Below, one piece after another: positions 46,701 to 59,605 of a DNA stretch of 64,000 nt. How positions within the stretch are numbered: position 1 is the first letter of the stretch; the number at the start of each line of letters is the position of its first letter. The position numbers and the translations under genes are program-made. The DNA comes from Bugula neritina (lineage: Eukaryota; Animalia; Bryozoa): contig OZ037765.1 of the NCBI GenBank assembly GCA_964035545.1, forward strand, positions 32,921,504 through 32,985,503, read 5' to 3'. The notes below the pieces were generated by a model that saw only the letters and a list, made by a program, of their open reading frames with translations, was not told where the DNA came from and searched no databases.

Positions 46701-48680
46701 AGGAGCTGCTGGCAACCTTGTTTGCCTGCAAGAGGTTCAGATTTTACTGTTTTGGTCAGTCCAAGATCAGAGTGGAGACTGACCACCTACCGCTGATTGG
46801 GTTGATGAAGAAGGATATCAATGAGCTTTCTCCTAGACTCGCTGCCATGAGACTGGAGTTGCTCACCTACCCTATACAATTGGTCTATAAACCTGGTACA
46901 GAAATGGTTTTAGCAGATACTTTGTCTAGATCTTGTCCTAAGGACACCAACCTTTGTGAGGACTTGGAAGTTGATCCCCTTTTGTCTGTCTGCTCGGTCG
47001 TAATACGAAGTGATGATGTGATGAAAAAATACCAGAGAGCGACTACTAAAGACGAGGAGTTGTCCGTAGTTATGCGGTACATCCTAGAAGGCTGGCCAAT
47101 ACACAAAAAAAATTGTGCTGGTCGGGCTAAGGCATATTGGAATCAGAGAAAATCGCTTAGTTCTGTTAATGGGGTCATTTTTCACGGCTCACGACTGGTT
47201 ATCCCAGTAGCTCTTCGAACAGAGGTGCTAAACTCCCTCCACAGCGCCCATCAAGGAGTCTCCAAGATTATGCAAAGGGCTGGTGAGTCGGTTTATTGGC
47301 CAGGACTTAGGAATAGAGTTGAAGAGAAGTGTTTGGCTTGTGAGCCTTGTGTCATAGAGGAGAAGATTCAAACTAAGGAGCCGCTCCTTCCTTTCCCTAT
47401 ACCTGATTTTCCTTATCAGATGGTGGGTGTTGATTTATTCCAATTAGAAGGTTCGTACTATCTTCTCGTGGTGGATTACCTATCAAAGTGGCCAGTAGTT
47501 AGATCTCTAGGCTCTGACACGTCGAGCAAGAGGGTTATACACTGCTTGCGAGAAATCTTCGTGGACTTCGGCCGGCCAGAAGTGCTTGTGTCTGATAATG
47601 GTCCGCAGTTCTCTAGTTTCGATTTTAAGCTTTTTTGCAGTAACCAAGGAATAACACAACGTACAAGCTCGCCACTTCATCCAGCGGGAAATGGACAAGC
47701 TGAGAGAACTATCGGAACGGTGAAAAGCATGATGAAAAAGTGTCTGCAGGAAAGTGGTGATTGGCTGCAGGGCCTGGCAACTATTAGGAATACTCCCGTA
47801 GCAGAAGGGTTGCCCTCCCCCAGTGAACTTTTGCAGGGACGGGTATTGCGAGATGACCATCCCGTCCAGTCCACTAGATATCAAGTAGCTGCCTATGATG
47901 TTGACAAGGTAAGACGTGTTTTAGGCGACCGTAAGAGTCGTGATAAATATTTCTTTGATAGACATGCTAAGCCAGAGAAAGGGCAACAAGTCCACATACG
48001 CACTGCTAAGGGTGACTGGAGGGTAGGTGAAATTGAAGGCATTGCTAATGATAGGTCTTACTGGGTAGATTCGTCTAGTAACAGACTTAGACGAAATAGA
48101 AAAGACATACGCTGTACAGCAGTGAATCGACAAAACCACAAGGTAAGTCAGAAGCCTTTTATAGAGGTAGATCCAGCGGTGAGTACAGGTAGGGAAAATG
48201 TTTTGGGACAGTTTAGAGATCAGCCAGTTTTTCCACCGGGCGGCTCTAATGTTCAGTCTGACAATATAGCATCATCCTCGCCTGAGGGTGAAGTAAGTTC
48301 TCCAAGTGTGTTCACACGGTCTGGACGCCGGACACAAAAGCCCAAATGGCATGATGATTATCATGTTTATAAATAAAGCTCTGCGGCTAGCCTGTCCTGA
48401 ACAACCTCTCCGGCTATAGTCTAATGTTTTGTATAAGTGTTTTAGTTTAGTATTTGTCTGTCTTAATTTTTAGTTTTGTTTAATTAATATCCCCTAAGAA
48501 AGGGAGATGTCATAGTTTAATTAGGCTCGCTAGTGACACGGCCTGCGCGTGCGTGTCACGGGTCAGATGCTGGTTTTACATGTGCTAATAAAGTCTTCAG
48601 TTCTTGTCTCAATCTAAACTTCGCAATGATTTCAATATCCTAATACTTAATACTAATAGCATCACATAGAATGTGTGACA
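43770..48680 (+). mobile_element. Ty3/Gypsy LTR retrotransposon 3 (Mag-like), intact
   Basis: Identical 173-bp LTRs 43770-43942 and 48508-48680; 5-bp TSD ATTAC; PBS TGGCGTCG at 43943; PPT AAGAAAGGGAGA 48496-48507. Confidence 0.97.
44315..48376 (+). CDS. Single gag-pol polyprotein of Gypsy 3
   Basis: ATG at 44315; two Cys/His knuckles, VDTGA, YIDD, ADSS RNase H, HHCC, SDNGPQF integrase; no stops. Confidence 0.95.
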   Translation: MGDSLRPPGELDFTDTQKSWPEYKTRFARYRIASGLSEKSAERQVNMLIYCMGREAEAIINQITVRQPRAAVAADAARGIIAVEAEDAERTLYARTVEALDAYFTPRDNHLHYAVLFMSRSQQSEESNEHFIRSLHELVSRCSGWDQQHKEDMMRIRLLAGMKDKDLSRDLQVNDNITLDQIKQQLRTKEIIAQNQKAELDGERQVFTVRNKQGTDSNQYASENRENKGQNGQLIRDCKYCGRDHVKGRCPAYNKQCNKCQSMGHFSKVCRKTNTKRVNQIEAPQGDSSEEGDNFHVHVVSDDRHINTGLKGSITCNKWTLNFLIKGEILQARVDTGAEVSTMSKNRFRQLGFHEVTKTKAKLSGYGDKSIPVLGYAKLPVTMSSGKTAVVKFYVTDNDNQTLLGMPAIVDLDLLPKMVNQVSEKQVNKQLLDKYPEVFTGLGKFGGEVSLLLKSGAEPRSLAPRLIPQKKRGKLQIELNRLVDSGVIAKDVSPALWLLPIVLVNKPNGDLRICLDPQYLNSQLIRAHCAIPTLPEIFSRISGSQYFTTLDAKQGFHQIPLSEESSKLTSFMTPFGKYRWLRMPMGICNAPEIFHQRMLDAMEGLEGVEVYIDDLLVHAPSIEEHGRRLEAVLERCRQLGLTLNPDKVELAKESTSFLGHELSQTGLKPSHSKVEAVQLMTEPEDKKAVQRFLGFVNFMAKFIPNLSEHTFPLREVCKKSTQFVWGVEQDMAFDKIKRLISDAPTLVLYDAEVETTLSADSSAHSIGAVCLQNGRPVEFAAKSLTTCQQGYSQIEKELLATLFACKRFRFYCFGQSKIRVETDHLPLIGLMKKDINELSPRLAAMRLELLTYPIQLVYKPGTEMVLADTLSRSCPKDTNLCEDLEVDPLLSVCSVVIRSDDVMKKYQRATTKDEELSVVMRYILEGWPIHKKNCAGRAKAYWNQRKSLSSVNGVIFHGSRLVIPVALRTEVLNSLHSAHQGVSKIMQRAGESVYWPGLRNRVEEKCLACEPCVIEEKIQTKEPLLPFPIPDFPYQMVGVDLFQLEGSYYLLVVDYLSKWPVVRSLGSDTSSKRVIHCLREIFVDFGRPEVLVSDNGPQFSSFDFKLFCSNQGITQRTSSPLHPAGNGQAERTIGTVKSMMKKCLQESGDWLQGLATIRNTPVAEGLPSPSELLQGRVLRDDHPVQSTRYQVAAYDVDKVRRVLGDRKSRDKYFFDRHAKPEKGQQVHIRTAKGDWRVGEIEGIANDRSYWVDSSSNRLRRNRKDIRCTAVNRQNHKVSQKPFIEVDPAVSTGRENVLGQFRDQPVFPPGGSNVQSDNIASSSPEGEVSSPSVFTRSGRRTQKPKWHDDYHVYK

Positions 48681-48984
48681 ATTACCTTTTAATTTATGAT
48701 TATAATTAATGTTAGAATTACCACAATTACAATCATAATGATAATGGCATAATGCCAATGATAATCACAATCGTAACACTAATAATAATAGTAATAGTCA
48801 AACTCAAGGATTGAGCCAATGATTCAGATTGTCTAAATTTAATTAAATAAATTTCAGCCTTGGATTTAACTTTACAGTTCACAATTTTATTTTACATTAC
48901 GACTGAGAGTCACAGTAAGACTAAGAAAAAGAGTAAGTCATACCTTTCTTGCAGTTATTTTCAAAGTTTGTAGTTGTACTGGTA

Positions 48985-49035
48985 CAGTAGTAGACCTAGT
49001 AGTAGTACTAGTAGTAGTAGTAGTAACAGTACTAT

Positions 49036-49070
<35 letters not shown>

Positions 49071-49130
49071 CTAGTACTAGTAGCAGTACTAGTACTAGTT
49101 GTAGTACTAGTATCAGTGGTAGTAGTAATA
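48985..49130. repeat. (AGT)n microsatellite
   Basis: Imperfect trinucleotide run. Confidence 0.9.
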
Positions 49131-50194
49131 GGACTGCGATCTTAGATGTAGGTCTAATGAAATACGAATAATAATAGTATAAGTATAACTTTTACATATT
49201 TAGTTTTACTATAAGTGTAAATATAATGAGTAATAGTAAAACTCAAAGTATATACATTAACTCAGTTTAGCATTAATGATAAAATATAATAATTATAATA
49301 AAGTAATATGATCACCATTACGATTATAATTAAAATTCTTAGTAACACTTTTATGATACTCAGTTTAATTTATTAATATTAAACATTAGTTTGGCTACCA
49401 CAAATAACTAATAAGTGCTACTATAGGTAACTGTAAAGATAAGTATAAATTTAACTATAACATAGACTATCAGCAATAATAATATATCATATTGATATTA
49501 AACTATATATGGATAATGCAAATCATAGATCATACCTCATGATAATTATTTCTAATGATCTTACTTTTTATATGCTGATGCTAATAAGTATTAATTTTTA
49601 ATTTGATAACTCATGAATGATGAATAAGATAACAAGAATAATACTGGACCTAGTAATACTATTAGTCCTACTACTAGAATTTTATTATCTTATATTTGTA
49701 ATACGCTTCTTTTAGTAATACTGCTGGTCAAAGTTAGTGTTAATCATATTTATAGTTAAATGTTGAAGGAATAAATTAGTTCATAACATAAACATTGCAC
49801 TATGTGAATATGAAATTTAATATGAATATCCCAATTACACTTGCTGTTGCTCTTTAGAGACTAGAGTTATAACTTATAACTATGATATAATAATGAATAC
49901 CATTATTTTAACTAATCATATTACTCAGATAATGTTAATGATAACTGTAAGTCTAAAAACCACTACGGTTATAGGTATCACTGACTAATATTATTAATAA
50001 TATAATCATTCGTTTTATACTTGTACCTATATTTATATTTATACTTATACCTATTTTTATACTTATGATCATATCTATACTTTCACGTATGCTTGTACAT
50101 TTTACTCATAGTATCAGGGTGGCAATCGAAAAGTCATAATCGATATGCTAATCTAATAATAGAACCAACTGCACTAATATAGTTGTATGTTATT

Positions 50195-53145
50195 ATAATT
50201 GTTGATTGACCGTAGTTTTTTAGCTGGTGTAACCTTTTACCATTGGCCTAGTTATACTAGGCTGAAATGGATAGAACTTTCCTCAGAATGTGAGCTTATC
50301 CTGATCCTAGTAAGGGTGTCTGCTGAATTAATGAGCATTTGTTTTCAGCTACTCTAAGTAGTGTCAGCCAGTCTACAATCTTGTATAAAGCTCCAAAGGC
50401 TCCAGTTACAACGGGATGACTTTTTTGATGTTTTCCAAAGGCGGGTTTATTCTAGTGCTAAATTCTGATATTTTCCTAACTTTTCGAATTTTTTTCTTTT
50501 ACTCTGTAGTTAACAGGGACTGTGATATCAATTATCGTTGTTTCAGCATTATGCTTGTCAACTACTAATATATCGGGTCTCCTAACTTTGATGACTACGT
50601 CAGTGTGTATGTTAAAATCTTACAAGGTTTTCACATTATCATTTTCCAGTACTTATTCTGCTTGATGGCCGTACCAATTCTTACTTTTCTGAAACTCACC
50701 AAGTTCACACAACTACTATTGAAATTATCAATGCCAAAAGGTTGTGTTTTTTCTTATATTCTCCTTCTGCTACCTTCTCAAACTCACTCAATACGTGCAT
50801 CGAAGTTTTGTCTCTTGCGTTACACATTCCACACTTCTTGCTACCCTGTTCTCTCATCATAGCCACTTTATAATTTCTAGTAGTGAATAGTTGATTTTGC
50901 GCAGCTGTCAGCAGTCCTTCTGTTTCCTTTTTCAGCCAACCATACTTCAACCAGTTCCAGGAAAATGCTTTCATGTCTTCCACCATTTTGATGTATTGAC
51001 CACGTGAAGCTTTTCTTTACACTCATCAGTTCTTTCTATCACTTTATCATTATTTAGTTCTACCGCTGTTCTGTCTTTTAGGAAGGTATTCAGTGTGGTG
51101 TTTCTATCAGTCTATGTTATATTTATGTAGTCTGACATGCTGCAGTTTTCAATCTTTATGCATTTTTCAGTTGACAACATTCTTCTACCGCCTTCCCTTC
51201 TGCTAAAATACAGCCTGCCTACATCTGCTCTTGGATAGGGTGCACGGTTTGTTGTCATTAGCTTCCTTGTCTTTCAGTCCATATTTTTTAGCTCATGAAA
51301 CAGTTCAGTCAAGTATTCTAGCTGTGTAATGCACTGCTGTTACTGCCCATGTGTTTATTGCTTTGATTGTGTTCTCACCATTCAGTTTTGAATCCAGAAC
51401 TTTTCTTATTTGTTTGTAGTACTCCTTGATCTTATTTTTCATTTCATATATTTGTATTCCATCAATCTCAAGAACTCCTGGATATTTATACGGCTTCTCA
51501 CTCAGATCTTTGATTACCTGTTCATCAGGCAAACTGATTCCTGTGTCCTTAATTTTCTTTCCCTTTCTCATAACCAGTGTGGCACATTTTTTAATCCAAA
51601 TTTCATTTCTATATTCCTTGTGAAGATCCCGGCAGTGTTTACCAAAGCTTCCAGTTCCCACTTTAATTTCCTATTTACCTTCAGGTCATCCACATATAGG
51701 AGATGGTTTGTTTTCTGTCTCGTCGAAATTTGCATCATTGAGCCGCTTCTGTCATGCGAATCGGTAGTTGGAGAAAAGGGATAGAGATAAAGAGTCTCCT
51801 TGGAAAATTCTTAGTTTGATCTTTATTTCTCCTATCTTTTCTTCCAGGTATTTCAGTTGTGTTTTCCAGGTTTCATGCTTTTTCTTATCAACCTTATGAC
51901 ATTAATTGCTATTCCAGTTGTTTGCATCGTTTCTAAGATCTAATTTCCTTGTCTTTACATATGCTCCAATTTGTTGCTAACTTTATTTAGTCATTCTGCA
52001 TTGGTATTATTTTTAGTTGGCTGACCCCATATATTTTATCAGAATGCTTTTGATTTCCTTGTCAGGTGCCTCTTTAGATGTACGTATTCATTTCCTCGTA
52101 ATTCTTGATAAAAGCGCTTATCATTGTAAACATTGTGTTCTGATTATATTGATCAACTCATTCTGTATATCTGTTTATCTTCTGGCTTACAGCTCTCAGG
52201 TTTTGCTTCAGTTTTTCAATCACTACACCACACTCTTTGTTCTTTATCCTATATTTTTCTTAAACCATTCTTCTCAATGAATCATTGTAAGCTCTACTTT
52301 TTCACTCTGCTATTTTACTTAAGTCTGATCTAATTTCTTTTTATTTCTTCTGCAGTCGTATTTTCCATACTTGTACATTGTCAGTTTTTCTTTTTCCTTT
52401 TTGTTACACACTTGTTCTGTTACTATTTTTCGCACAAGCCATGGTGGTGTTATTAAGCTCAATGGTATTAATAATCTCAACACAGTTTAGCACATCATTA
52501 ATCTGTTTTACTGCCTGTAGTAATTTGACCCTCTCAATGTGCCTAAGGGCTCTTAGTGTTGGTCGATCATTAGATAGCTTGTTATGCTCATTTATAATTT
52601 TTCTACTAACACTTTTTCTACCTCTGAACTAGGTACTCTTAAAATTCTCATGGCTGATTTATATGCTATCTCATGTTGTACTATAACATCCTCTATTTGC
52701 AAATTTAGCTCTTCATTATCTTCTTCACCAATTGATGTGCCTAGTTCTTGCAAGGTTCCTTCTTCAATCTTATGGAGTTCTTCTTCCATAAAATGCTTGT
52801 GTTTCTTCATAGTTCTTGCTTAATCCGCTAGTCTCTGTTCGCTGATGTTGAACTCTCCTCTGTTTTCCAGCGTTTGCACATTCTTTTTAAATAATTCTTT
52901 GATCCGGGTCTACAGAGCTCATACATTGTTTTTCTATAACCTCTCAATTTGGGTGTACTTTTGAAGCAGCATTTCATGACAACTTTGTTGTCTTCTCTTG
53001 AGTATCTTCTTCTAGTTGTGCCATTAACGGGTTGACGGCCGTAGGTTGCCTGGCCCTCCACATACCCACTGCCAGACGAGACATGCCATGTTTAGTTAGA
53101 CATACCATTAACGTCGTTGGCTTTATTAGTTCTATTTTAATGGAT
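50195..53145 (-). mobile_element. Decayed non-LTR retrotransposon with RLE endonuclease (R4/Dong-like)
   Basis: IFQGDSL, NHLLYVDDLK, ETEGLLTAAQNQ, degenerate CxxC...H finger, RPDILVVDK...IIDI endonuclease motif; many stops and deletions; TAA/ATT-rich flanks. Confidence 0.85.
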
Positions 53146-54049
53146 CATATTATTATTTTTAATTACTATTATTATCACTATCAGTAGCAAATAAATAATT
53201 TTATATTTGTTATTAGTTACTACTTATAGAAATTGAGTGCCACAGCTTGAGGGTTATAAAGTCAGTCTTAGTCAATGTAATGGGGATGCTGATACTGACA
53301 TTTGGCTTCGAGCTCATAGTTAAATTGCTAACAACTATACCTAAGGATAACAGGAGTATTAAAATGTTAATTTATAAGGATTATAACCTTAGAGTGGAGA
53401 TATTATTCTCAATTTATTTAGTTTGTACTTTACTAACTTTTATTTTATTCATCAACCTTACTGTCTATTTAAATAGCAAACTAAAGAATAATTATGAAGG
53501 CCTTTGAATTGAAGTACTTTTCTGTAGCTGATTAGATTTCAAGTATTAAAATAACATACTAAGACAGAATACCATTATATGAGCTAGATTAATAAAGTAA
53601 AGAAGATTTCTTTGGTAATCAAAATATAGGTGTCACATATGCCTATTTTTAAGATTATGTTCTTATATGTGCTGTCTTTTTAATATTTTTAAAGTGCTAC
53701 ATTTTGAGGGTAGCCTACATCAATATGACTGCCCTGTAATTGCTTGTCAACTATAAGAGTTAGACCTATAAACTGTCTCATTTTCAAATTATCTTTACTT
53801 TTCTAATTGATGTTAACATGACTATTCCTATTAGTATTTTGGTGTTTACCATTAGTAATGTTTGAAGTAACATCAATATCATTGTTAATTTGTCTAATTA
53901 TTCAAATTTTAATATTCATCATTTGTGAACAGTAATAAAATTTTGTCTTTCTTAAATTAATGTGATGCTAGTTAGCTACTCTAGCAAGTGTGTATTGTGC
54001 AATGAGTACTAATGCCATATTTTTGCACTTCTTGTTCTATATAATTTAG

Positions 54050-56080
54050 ATTTAAGGTAACAATTCCTAAAGCTATCACATAATGCTGCTATCAGTTATA
54101 AAGATGTCACTGATCCAAACATTGAAAACCAGCTGCGCGCATGCAAGGTTGAAAACTTATTTTCTCTGGTTAGGTAAGTAGAAAGGTATTTGCTGTAATT
54201 TACAACTATTTTGTTTTCAACATCCTTGATGTTCATCTCTAAAAGATAAGTAGCACATAATGGTACCTGTTTTACTTAGCAGAAGAAATTATTGTCAAAG
54301 CTCTATTACTACATTTTAAATTGTATGACACTCTTTTGACTACATTTGATTTCATATCTCAAATAATTATATTTCTGACTCATGAAACTGTAACCACACA
54401 CTTGAGAACAAAATAAATAATGATATGGAAGCTTTCTTTAACTTTGTCAATTTAGTCAACAGCCAATGACTGAAAACATGTTTTGTACACTATTGATTGC
54501 CTCTCTATTTCCGCTATAAGGCAGAAACTTTAATCTCAAAATTTAAGACACTGGCAATTCTTCCCAATAATACGTTGTTCAAAACAAATATTTTTTGCCA
54601 AGTAATATAGTATTTAATTATATTTTTTAGTCAAAGAAATTTATTTGGTTTCTTGTGTCATCTTGAATAGGTTGTTATTCATTATCTTTTTCTTCGTGTT
54701 ATGGCTATGAGTGTATATAACCTTTGCTGACAGGTTTTTCCCCCATCACTATATGTTTCTCTGTTTACTCTCTAACAGTTTTATTTCCGTTCATTTTTTA
54801 GAGTTTACTAAAATGACATGGGTGTGCTTTGTTGTGGCTCCTAATTGAGCGTATCCGTTGAGATTATTGGAAGTTTTGTTGAAACTGAGCTGAAGCCTCT
54901 TACTCCTAAAGGCAAGAATTTGAGTCATCTTAGCTACTTGTAGCATATCAACATCGAACAGCACCATTCCACTACTCTAAGCTTAAGGTTTTGGCTGCAT
55001 TAGATCAACAGGTAAGTTTAATAGTTTGTATTTCGTACACTATTTCATGATGTCTGTTCAGCATTTACTTGGTAGCACACATTTATAGATTTTGCATTCT
55101 TTTAGTTTTTTGCAGTACAACTTTTCTACGCAACTATTACACTGTTGTTGCTGTTAATTGTAGTTTATTCTGCTTGACCATGCAATTATTGAATTATGTT
55201 GCAAAGGTGATTGAGTCCTTTTATTTAATTTAGTACACACTGGAAATCTGCAGTTTTTAGCCATTTTTACATTTTAGCTGCTAATGAACAATGCTTTTTG
55301 CTTAAAATTAGTGAGACATCAAGAAATACACCTAAATAATTAAGGTTCTTCTTAATTTTGCATGATTTCTCATGTTTTTTCCTATTTATTCATTTCATTT
55401 GGATTGCCTACTGTTACAAACTAACCGTGGCGATCCCCAGTCAGAAGTTGCTGTAATTAGAAAAAAAGCACAGGAAATCAAAGAAAATTAAAAAGAGCCT
55501 TGATTATTTAGGTGTATTTATTGATATTTTTTTAGTTTCGGGCCAAAACTCATGTTCATTAGCAAAAACTTGCGATCTTCAGTATGTACTAACTTAAATA
55601 AAATGAACCAATTGCAGTAAATTTCTGCATTTTCTAATACTTCTTAAATTTATACCTAAAATAGTGCTGTCTTAAGAAAATGACACTAGCTGCTGTTTTC
55701 ATGTATGTGCCCCAATTGTATATAATGCTGTTGATTTGTTTAGTGCTTTTTCTATTTGTTTGTTATATAACTTTTCTTTTATGGTTGTTGCCAGCACCTA
55801 AAGCATTATTCATTAGTGTCAATTAATTTCTACTCACAGTTTTACTGTTACATAGTTTATAAAGCCCTTGTGTCAACTTTTCTAGATATCCTGGTTAAAA
55901 TTGTTCTACTTGATGAATAGCATAGGGCATATGCAATAGCAAAACAGTTGCAGGCTGTTTTGGAAAAAAAATTGTGCATATAACCTTTATTTTATACATG
56001 TTATTTAGGCTTTGGTAGAACTGTTGGAGAGCCTTCCTCTTGAATAAAGCTACCTACAAAACGCCTTGAAATTTAGCTAA
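54050..56080 (+). pseudogene. Possible decayed multi-exon gene remnants
   Basis: Three exon-like blocks with good AG acceptors (about 54050-54172, 54802-55011, 56009-56080), the first two ending at GTAAGT; coding-like composition but internal stops. Confidence 0.3.
55213..55609. mobile_element. Foldback MITE related to 1377-8365
   Basis: Ends ttttatttaatttagtacacac and gtatgtactaacttaaataaaatg; shared internal arms. Confidence 0.7.
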
Positions 56081-59000
56081 TAAATTATGTATTTTGTGAT
56101 TTTTTTTAAATGTACAATGTTATGTATAAATTACAATCAGTTTATATATATATACATATCTTTTACTACTTAGTATTACAGTGTAAAAAGCATTTCAGGG
56201 TTAACAATTTAATTAATTGGCCCTAACAGTAATTATGTATAATACAGATTTGCAAATGCTTTAAATGAACCCAAAAAGCTGATGTTGTTAAACAGTGTAC
56301 AAAATAGTCACCTCATATCAGCCAGACATGCTTAGTCATTACCTAGCATTAAAATCATATTATGAATGCAGTCAAGTTTTGATATGCATCCCTATTATTG
56401 ATAGTTTGTGAACCAGCAATTAAATATCAAGAAGCAATATTACTAACCAATGTGCTGGTTAAAGAGTTTCAAGTTGTAGTTATAGTATCAAACTATTATA
56501 ATGGCATAAAAACTATCAGTTAAAACATCTTATTAATATTTACTACAGGAATACATATTATAGGTGTGCTAAAAATCTGGTAGAAGCATCAATTATTTTA
56601 GATGTTTTGGATTTAGTATCTCTGTACTATAATGTAATATACAGAACATCAGGTGCTGTCTCCACAGTGCATTGATGGCACCAATGAATATTAATACATG
56701 CAGGCAGTGTTGGTAATGATTTATTGAAATAGGAGTTTAAAAACTGTTTAAACAACAATGAAAAGCCTGAGATTAGTCCAAGGAGAGGGGTATTTCAAGC
56801 TAGCAGATGAGCAATATAGATGCGTAAGTCTTGCCTAAAAATCATTATTGTTATATCTAGTCATTAATTTCTTGCAATAGATCTATTTCACTATTGAGAA
56901 AAACAAAATTAGCTAGTAAACACTGTAATAGAGTCAAGGCACTTTGGCAGTGCTAGTTTAAAATAAACCTGGGATAGTCGAATAGCAGAAGTACTTTTTG
57001 ATGCATAATATAATTATGTACAGCTTAAGATTTTACAATACTGTGTTTTCAGTGCGATATTAATTTCAATAGCTACATTAAAATAATGTACAATTCTAGC
57101 AGGTGATGCAAAATCTTCTAAGATGCTATGACTGTAGCAGTTTGCTACTAGTCTCAAGTAACAAACCAAATAGCCTTTCTTTGTGCCACCATCCAAATGC
57201 CAAACAAATAACTCATTCACTCTGTAACAACAAGGTGGTCTCCCAAGTAGATTGTTAGACATTTCAGGCATTACTAACCAAAGGCTTTTCACTTTGGCAT
57301 AATTGTATAGTTACCCAGCTAAATAAATAATGTATTCATGGTATTGTAATTCCAAGCCATCCATATATCTGTGAATGCAGCCAAGTATTTAATACGGCCA
57401 TATATTTATGTACTATGTAGCAATGCCTAATGTAGCTGTCAAACTTCTACTTATACTCATTTTACTGATGCTTTACTTCTGATTACATGATTACAAACAT
57501 AGCATTTCAAACAAAATTATTTTAGATAGGAATAAATATAAGGCTCCTAGCAAATGTTGTAAAACTATTTTCCAAAAACATATACTTTGCAAAAAAACTT
57601 TTTAGAAAGTTATAATGCATTTATCATATTATTGTTTCATTTAAAAGTTATAATGATAGAATATTATACTTAAAACACACTCAAATTTTTAGATTCTTGT
57701 AATATTGTTAAACAAGAGTTAACAGTAAGATTGGCTGTAGAGTAGAATGTTTAGCTGTTTGTACTGAAGCTAACAAGTAACTGGCATTAAAAAGAGATGT
57801 AGATAAAAAGTGACAGAATAACAACTGGCTTGTATATTGGTGGTGCAAAAAGCTGTATATAACAGTTTAAACAAATACCCATTAGAATAAATGGTAACCC
57901 AGTACTTAAAATGTGGTATGTCATAATACATATTTGTGGTGTATTGACTAGGCTAGATCAACACATAGCACTATATAATTGCTTTAGTATTTACAATTAG
58001 TTTGTGGTCTGGTGGGATTTGTTGATAGCCATTGTCTTTATTAACATAACAGTTTCATAAAATTAGCAGTTTTCCTTATTCACCTAGTTAATTTTTAAGA
58101 TTTATGTACAATATTTACATATTAGGATATAAAAAATATCTTCAACCAGTGAATATCAAAATAATGATTAAAGACATATTTTACGTCATATTTTTGTGGC
58201 AATCTAAATAATAAGCTGGTCTAAATTGTACTTGTGCAAACAGAACCAGCTCATGAATATATGTTGTCTTTTTTTAACTTGACAGTTAATCTAATATGGA
58301 TGTGTATTTTATACTTGCTTTTGTGTTTAAGGTGATAAAATTGCACTGGTAAGGTAAATTTAAACATTGCTTGTTTGGCATGCTTTTACGTGGCATTGCA
58401 TATTATGCTAAACTAATGGCCAGTTTTGCAGTAGCTTCACCATAACCTTCAAAATAATGCAAATATCATCTAATTATTGTAAGCTTTTTAAGTTAATTTG
58501 TCTAGCTATAAACACATGTAAAACTATTAGGCTATTCCAATTTCACGATATACATAGCTCTATAATTCTGAAAAACTGCTAGGTAGAGTGGAAATTAAAC
58601 ATGATCTATTCATTGCTAAAGTATTACAGCTATGAATAATATATATGTGATTACCTGAGTGATATCACAATCTTCACTTGCTAAGTTAGTTTAAATACAG
58701 GAAAAAAAAATAATCTGGAGAAAGATTATATATGAGAAGCTGTTTTTATAATAATTTCGTCCTCTAGGGTGATTTAGAAGAATTGTTTTAATGCAAAACT
58801 TTTGCATACATGAGTTGAATGAAATCATTGAGAGTTTTATGAAGGTCTATTTGTGTATAGGTAGCCCTAATGCATGTCACAACTCAAGTTTTTAGATTTT
58901 ATGTAATTTGTGGTGCAAAGTTGCAAATAAAAACCTTATTTTAATAATACTTAGACATATGCAAGCAATAAAGATAATGAAAAAATGCTATAGTTGCTAA

Positions 59001-59605
59001 TTAGCTAATATTACTTGCATATGATGCAAATATTTGTATGCATGCATGTTTAGTTTATTAGCATTGGTTAGATATAATTGAATATATAGATTTGATGTGG
59101 AAATTAAAGAAAATCAATATGTTGTGTTCTATATACAACAACAGTTTTTACATTGGTTTGTTAATTACTTCATAAATCATTTATTACTTCATGCAATATT
59201 TGTTCCTGCAATTTTGCAAAGTGGCAAAATGCATTTTAAAGACATATATTAAGTGATTTTAATTATACTAGAATTTTCAAACCAAGAGTTTTTGGGGAGT
59301 TTTCTTTTTCCTAAGACATACGTGGCAATTGAACACATAATAAGTTGTAGGCCACAACTCCTTTATACAACCTTGCAAGAAATTATGCAGCCATTTAAAT
59401 AGAAAAGGAATTATTGAATTTATTTATTCAACATTATTAGTATTTTATAAATATTTGTTGCATTTAATTAATGAGCATAAAATTTGTTTTACAAATACTG
59501 TAATTAACAGCATGGTAAAAATATATTATATATACTGGTATATATTTTGTATTGTATTAGATTTAGGCTACATTGCTAATTAAAATGAGTTAATGGCTAA
59601 GTTTA

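Noticed and set aside
48974-49171. Poly-Ser ORF
   Set aside because: (AGT)n microsatellite
57014-57292. 92-aa - strand ORF
   Set aside because: Non-ATG start, no recognisable motif or splice support
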